60,834 bases of DNA from Kiritimatiellia bacterium (GTDB taxonomy: Bacteria > Verrucomicrobiota > Kiritimatiellia > RFP12 > UBA1067): the NCBI GenBank assembly GCA_017628025.1, contig JAGBZX010000041.1:1-60834 (forward strand). Direction: 5' to 3'. Positions within the stretch are counted from its first letter, which is position 1. Each line of letters starts with the position of its first letter. Under the pieces are notes generated by a model. That model did not search any database. It worked only from the letters and a program-made list of their open reading frames with translations, and was not told where the DNA came from. Positions 55,868 to 60,834 of this stretch are shown in pieces. The translations under genes were made by a program, and so were the position numbers.

Positions 55868-56772
55868 TGAGCCTCCCTTGGATCTACCGTTTTACCAATA
55901 TTGACTGTAGCCATCTCACCTTGCTTATTAGGCCTTATTGCTGAAATTTCAAAAGAATAATCTGATGCTTCTCCTGAAGAGCCCGACCCGGAATTAACGC
56001 CAGGCAAGAATCGCGGCACTATAGAAAGGTTCTTTATTGGGCTACCTTCAGTTTTTGAATAATCAGTACCGAAAATATAGTTGTGCGGCAAAGTTAACTC
56101 TTGAAACTCAAAACCATACGCATCGCCAGTCTCCCATGTAACTCCACTTTGGTCAGCGCTAGATTTAACATAGCAATAAACTGGAATTTCTATCATATTT
56201 GATGACGATTGTGACGCCGTTGAAGATGATGAATTTTGGCTATTACCGCCTTTAAGTACTTTAACACCTAAAACTGGCTCTGTAAGAAGAATTTTCTTCG
56301 TCGTTTGGCTTATAAGCGTTCTGCGCATTGGCGCACTAGAAGTATCAACCTTATAAATATATGTGCGATTACCTGCTTCATCGCGACCAGAATACTGCGA
56401 CTCTGAGCCATCATCAATGTCTTTGACATAAGCGTTACTCTGTAAATCTCCAAATTCATCGTAAAGGAAATTACCCTGAACGCCCGTTATACGACCAAAT
56501 GGTCTGACAGCTACTGCGTGACCAACAACAACTAAATCCTGATTTTCTTTCTCTTCTGCAATCGTTTCATTCCAAAGATAAACAACAACAGGACGCCTAT
56601 CAATTTGCGCACGCGAATATGCACTCTTGAGAAACTGATTAACATTTTGCATTACACCGCGTTCTTCCATGCCGCGCTGCATGCTTCGATACGCACCAAC
56701 GGTAACAGAACCCATCATACCCATGATGGCCATCACGAGAAGTAGTTCTAAAAGTGTAAAAGCTCGTTTCAT
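55864..56772 (-). CDS. Minor pilin (FimT/GspH, Verru_Chthon D-like)
   Basis: AFTLLELLLVMAIM; L..A..RA...RRPV.V. Confidence 0.78.
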   Translation of the reverse strand: MKRAFTLLELLLVMAIMGMMGSVTVGAYRSMQRGMEERGVMQNVNQFLKSAYSRAQIDRRPVVVYLWNETIAEEKENQDLVVVGHAVAVRPFGRITGVQGNFLYDEFGDLQSNAYVKDIDDGSESQYSGRDEAGNRTYIYKVDTSSAPMRRTLISQTTKKILLTEPVLGVKVLKGGNSQNSSSSTASQSSSNMIEIPVYCYVKSSADQSGVTWETGDAYGFEFQELTLPHNYIFGTDYSKTEGSPIKNLSIVPRFLPGVNSGSGSSGEASDYSFEISAIRPNKQGEMATVNIGKTVDPREAQ

Positions 56773-56793
56773 TTTTTGTTATTGAACCATATC

Positions 56794-57306
56794 TTATGGG
56801 GTAACAACTAATAACTGATCTGACGCATAAACATACTTCATTTGAAGCGACACGAAGCGTCCATTACTTTTATTTGGATAACCAAAATACATTTCTGGTA
56901 CTTTCATCTTTCGTGATGTTCTACGCGTACCTCTAACCGCCGACATAAAATCTAAACCATACTTTCTATCACGAGAAACGAAAAGCCCAGAGACATCAAA
57001 CATGGGATTGCCATTCTTGCATTCCTCAAGCATCTTTACCATGCATTGGCGAACTTCACTTTCGTTAAGCATATAAAAGTTTGATTCTGAAGCAGTGGCT
57101 TTATTTTCTAAACCTGTTATTGGCCACTGGCCCTTTTGAGCATGATAAACATCAAGACCTTGCTGTACTATACTTCTTATTGCTTCTGCCCTATCCTCAC
57201 GAGCATCATTAATGGCGCCTTTAGCAACTAACACAACAATAGTCACCAAGACCGCGATAATCGCGATAACCATCATAAGCTCTATGATTGTAAAAGCCTT
57301 CTTCAT
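56794..57306 (-). CDS. Prepilin-type protein
   Basis: MKKAFTIIELMMVIAII; YHAQKGQWP. Confidence 0.8.
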   Translation of the reverse strand: MKKAFTIIELMMVIAIIAVLVTIVVLVAKGAINDAREDRAEAIRSIVQQGLDVYHAQKGQWPITGLENKATASESNFYMLNESEVRQCMVKMLEECKNGNPMFDVSGLFVSRDRKYGLDFMSAVRGTRRTSRKMKVPEMYFGYPNKSNGRFVSLQMKYVYASDQLLVVTP

Positions 57307-57917
57307 TTAACCACCTGCCCATACTGCCAGCTATGAACGTCATCTGTTTTGACGCCTTCGGCAAACGGTAGAATCTTTCCATCTCGCCCACAGCACCATA
57401 CCATAACATTGGCTCTTACTGTAAGAGTTTCGCCGCCAACGTTAACATCCTCTATTAAACCATCTCCGTCAAGGTCAATTTCAAAGCGGAGTCTATGATC
57501 TGCTACCGTAGTATCGGAACCTACCTTTGACGACTCTGTTGCTTTGCTACCTAGACGCTTTACTACACGAGCGGCATAAGGCGAAAGTATGCCAAACCTA
57601 TCAAGACCTTTCGTCTGCTCTTTTGTTTTATCAACTTCTAAAGACATAACGCCATTTTTAACTAAAGCATACGCCGCCTTGCCGTCTAAAACTTTTACGC
57701 CATTTTCTTGCTTCGCATTTCTAAGGCTTCTAGGCCAAGATCCATTATTCTGATATATCTCAGCTATGGCAGTAGCGGTATTTGAAACTAATTCTCTAGT
57801 TTTTGTTTTTTCTGCCGATACGAGCATTTTTTGGTAGCCTACTAAACTAGCTGCAGTAAGAATTGAAATAATTCCAATTACCACAAGCATCTCAACTAAT
57901 GTAAAAGCTTTCTTCAT
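57303..57917 (-). CDS. Prepilin-type protein
   Basis: MKKAFTLVEMLVVIGII; YQNNGSWP; WCCGRDG...DDV. Confidence 0.8.
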   Translation of the reverse strand: MKKAFTLVEMLVVIGIISILTAASLVGYQKMLVSAEKTKTRELVSNTATAIAEIYQNNGSWPRSLRNAKQENGVKVLDGKAAYALVKNGVMSLEVDKTKEQTKGLDRFGILSPYAARVVKRLGSKATESSKVGSDTTVADHRLRFEIDLDGDGLIEDVNVGGETLTVRANVMVWCCGRDGKILPFAEGVKTDDVHSWQYGQVVK

Positions 57918-57930
57918 TTAAATCCCTTTC

Positions 57931-59163
57931 TCAGTTACTTAACTGCATAATATCGTCGCGTGTCCAAGTACGGACGCAGTCATTAGCTTTTTGGCTTAAA
58001 TCTTCACGAGCTACCCATGGCGGGAATGTGCGTAAATTTGGACCAGCACTCCAAAGCTGATACCTTTGGTGAGGAGATGGGGAATAATAATAATACTCTT
58101 GACCCCAGCCATCTTTAACGGTAATATAATCAAGAATATACTGATCGCGATACCCATCAGCATCACCAGGCGTAAAGCACTCAGGAAAACCTTGCATATA
58201 AGTCTCTCCAGCTGAGCTTACGAGCACCTTTACTGCTGGAGGGAATGTCTCTGGCTCTGTAATCTGAATACCATAGATAGAACGAGTCTGCGCGCTCTCG
58301 CAAATACCTTCTAGATTAGGTAGCCACCTCGGACATACCTTTTGAGAAGGAATATTAAGTATCCTGCCATAACGCGAATTATTATTCATATCTGTATTGC
58401 CGTCAAGCTCTTCGTCGGACAGATTTTTACTTATATTCGCAATTTGATTCCAGCTCATTTGCTGCCCAGTATATGGATCGTGAGGTTCGGTATTATTTTG
58501 TGTCCACTGGGAATACTGATAAAAATCAGAATTTGCAGATGTCATAAGAACGTAACGAGGCAAAATATAACTCATTAAGCCAAACCTAAAAAGTTGTAAC
58601 TCTCGCCAATCTAACTGCGTGCGATAGCGATTAAGTTCACCTGCCGCAGAAGAGCCGCTTCTTAACGCTGTAAAGCCAGCGGCAATTTTCGCTCTGGTTT
58701 TTTCACTAAGTCCATCAGCAGTTTCTGCTGCTTCTTGACAAGTCAAAGACCAATTATCTACGATATCCTGAAATTCTGCCCTATCTGAAAACGGGAAGTT
58801 ACTAATAACAGGCTGTGAACGACAAGCGGCATTAACTTGTGCCCAAGCTTCTCGTTCGTTATCCTCGCCAATATTTTCCCAATTCCAAATACCCTCTGTA
58901 CGAGATCCGTCTGTTTTTTGAACTCCATCTTCGTTGACTGATTGGAAAATATCTCTAGAGCCATGTAGCGCTACAGGCGGATAACTGCCAAAAGCCGCAT
59001 AATACCCAGAAAGGCAATTCTCTAAACGTTGTAAGCGAATTATTGTCTTAACGCGACGAGCCTGCTCATCGTTGGATGCAACAAGATTAAAAACCAATGT
59101 CATCAATGTCGCGAGTACCGCGACAACTATGAGCATCTCAACGAGAGTAAAGGCTTTTTTCAT
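57931..59163 (-). CDS. Large prepilin-type protein (GspG-like C-terminus)
   Basis: MKKAFTLVEML; YYAAFGSYPP; DGWGQEYYY...LWSAGPN...DDI. Confidence 0.8.
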   Translation of the reverse strand: MKKAFTLVEMLIVVAVLATLMTLVFNLVASNDEQARRVKTIIRLQRLENCLSGYYAAFGSYPPVALHGSRDIFQSVNEDGVQKTDGSRTEGIWNWENIGEDNEREAWAQVNAACRSQPVISNFPFSDRAEFQDIVDNWSLTCQEAAETADGLSEKTRAKIAAGFTALRSGSSAAGELNRYRTQLDWRELQLFRFGLMSYILPRYVLMTSANSDFYQYSQWTQNNTEPHDPYTGQQMSWNQIANISKNLSDEELDGNTDMNNNSRYGRILNIPSQKVCPRWLPNLEGICESAQTRSIYGIQITEPETFPPAVKVLVSSAGETYMQGFPECFTPGDADGYRDQYILDYITVKDGWGQEYYYYSPSPHQRYQLWSAGPNLRTFPPWVAREDLSQKANDCVRTWTRDDIMQLSN

Positions 59164-59165
59164 AA

Positions 59166-60527
59166 TTACATCGCTCCTCCGCCAGAAACCTTGGAGATAA
59201 TACCAATCATAGGCAAGAACATAGCGATAACAATCGTACCAACAACAACTGCGAGAACAATAATAAGAGCGGGCTCAATAGCAGCAGTCATACCCGCTAC
59301 GGCATTATCAACTTCGTCATCGTAAGTATTTGCGACTCTTGTCAACATGTCGGCCAATGCACCAGTTTCTTCACCGACTTCTACCATCGAAATAACCATC
59401 GGTGGGAACACCCAGCATTGTGAAAGAGGCTGTGTCATACCTTCACCCTCTTTAACAGCATCATGGACATTTTGAAGCGCGGTAGAAACGACTCTATTGC
59501 CGGTAGTATCGCGAACGATAACTAGAGACTGAAGAATCGGCACACCAGAAGAAAGAAGCGTACCCAATGTGCGCGTAACGCGAGAAACGGCCGTTCTCTG
59601 AACCAATGTACCAGTTACTGGCATTTTAAGAGAAAGCCAATCGTAAAAATGTGCTCCTTGAGGAGTTTTGCCGACAATCTTTTTGATTACAACTATTGCA
59701 GCGATAAACGAGGCCACCACAAAGCCATTATTTTGAACAAACTTTGACGCGTTAATAACACACTGCGTAATGCCAGGCAACTTATCACCACCCATCATAT
59801 CAGCGAATACCTGCTCAAACTTAGGAATGACGGTGTAAAGCAAAAATGCCGTAATGCCGACAGCAGCACAAAGAACAACGACAGGATAAATCATCGCACC
59901 CTTAACTTTGTTTTTAATCTTCTCTGCCTTTTCTGCAAATTCAGCTAGACGACCGAGAACAACTTCAAGAACACCGCCTGCTTCGCCCGCTTTAACCATG
60001 TTTACATAAAGATTATCGAAAATCTTCGGGTGAGCTGATAGAGCCTCGGAGAACGTTCCTCCAGAAGAGATGTTCTCACTAATAGCCTCTAAGGCCTCCT
60101 TCATCTGCGGATCTTTCATCTGACGCTTGAGAACATCCAAACCTCTCATCAGCGGGAGACCAGCATTAACGAGAGTAGCGAGCTGGCGGGTAAATTGAGT
60201 AAGGACTTTCGTTTTTACTTTGCCGCGCATCCAGGAAGGAAGCTTAATGTTGAGATTAATCTCAGTATTAAGACCAGTTCCTTTTTTCTTCGTCTCTGGC
60301 TTTTTAAACCTATCAGCAACAGAAGAATTGCCTTTACGACCAGCGGGATTAGAGGAAGATTTTTCCTGTTGAGGAGCGTTAGCTTGGCTCTTCACTTCAC
60401 CAAGGGCAGTAGGGAAAAGATGCTGCGCACGAACAGCGGCGATAGCTGAAGCTCTATCTGCAGCTTCAATTTGGCCTTGAACCTCTGCACCTGAGGAATC
60501 TTTCGCAATATATCTAAATGTCGCCAT
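59166..60527 (-). CDS. pilC: Type IV pilus/T2SS inner-membrane platform protein PilC/GspF
   Basis: FTRQLATLVNAGLPL, NMVKAGEAGG.L, AMIYP, LGTLLSSGVPIL, VGEETG.L, IEP.LI..L. Confidence 0.92.
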   Translation of the reverse strand: MATFRYIAKDSSGAEVQGQIEAADRASAIAAVRAQHLFPTALGEVKSQANAPQQEKSSSNPAGRKGNSSVADRFKKPETKKKGTGLNTEINLNIKLPSWMRGKVKTKVLTQFTRQLATLVNAGLPLMRGLDVLKRQMKDPQMKEALEAISENISSGGTFSEALSAHPKIFDNLYVNMVKAGEAGGVLEVVLGRLAEFAEKAEKIKNKVKGAMIYPVVVLCAAVGITAFLLYTVIPKFEQVFADMMGGDKLPGITQCVINASKFVQNNGFVVASFIAAIVVIKKIVGKTPQGAHFYDWLSLKMPVTGTLVQRTAVSRVTRTLGTLLSSGVPILQSLVIVRDTTGNRVVSTALQNVHDAVKEGEGMTQPLSQCWVFPPMVISMVEVGEETGALADMLTRVANTYDDEVDNAVAGMTAAIEPALIIVLAVVVGTIVIAMFLPMIGIISKVSGGGAM

Positions 60528-60558
60528 ATGAAAAACCTTATAATTTTTGTTTTCTGCT

Positions 60559-60567
60559 ATTATATCA
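60559..60567 (-). promoter_or_regulatory. Extended -10 promoter (TGATATAAT) for the pilC/pilin operon
   Basis: About 30 bp upstream of ATG 60527, with an AAGG RBS. Confidence 0.55.
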
Positions 60568-60834
60568 AAAAATCTGACTTAATTGGAAAAGAATTTGCAG
60601 CATAGTCCCGGAAAGTAGTGTACATGGTCTGCGTTTAGCATAAACACACACTACTTAGCAAAAAAGCAATTTCTCAGCACATGCTAATGAAATTTAATAA
60701 CGCTTTATCAAAATATAGAAATACTGGACACTATCAACAAAGACAACCTATTTCCATTTTGACACCCATTTGCCAAATACAAGACACTGTCGGTAAAATA
60801 TAAGAATCAAATCAATGTCTAAAATGACCACAGA

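Noticed and set aside
6043-60449. Numerous short antisense or overlapping ORFs in the six-frame track
   Set aside because: They lie within well-supported genes and have no recognisable motifs; treated as shadow ORFs.

Overview
Core-chromosome window of a low-GC bacterium, probably PVC superphylum (Kiritimatiellia/Verrucomicrobia-like). This placement is inferred from the Minf_1886-type protein, the Verru_Chthon-like pilin cassette and an H-X9-DG-type pilin. The window appears to span the replication terminus: nearly all genes converge at about 24 kb, and a canonical 28-bp XerCD dif site lies at 23007-23034. The left arm (+) carries a tRNA-Ser 3' end, tilS, an exosortase/EpsI pair split by one in-frame TAG, a wecA-like fusion, ilvBN, iorA, galM, gatB, trmJ, a glycerol-3-phosphate use operon with a fused dehydrogenase, cmk and peptidase/aminotransferase genes. 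The right arm (-) carries pilC plus nine pilin/pseudopilin genes, rfbA, an orphan response regulator, a secreted Gly-rich protein, pheT, pheS, corA, dxr, rseP, dapL, a GH2, hup, ettA and dus. The main non-coding observations are five. (1) A second family of 28-bp 11-6-11 recombinase-like sites, distinct from dif, bounds small structured or pseudogene cassettes on both sides of the terminus. (2) A poly-G tract sits between the -35 and -10 of the secreted-protein promoter, suggesting phase variation. (3) A compact 120-nt 6S-like RNA follows pheT. (4) Three genes look leaderless, with identical promoter-to-ATG spacing. (5) A 20-bp perfect palindrome lies at 45458-45477. All product calls come from motif recognition by eye; no database searches were run.
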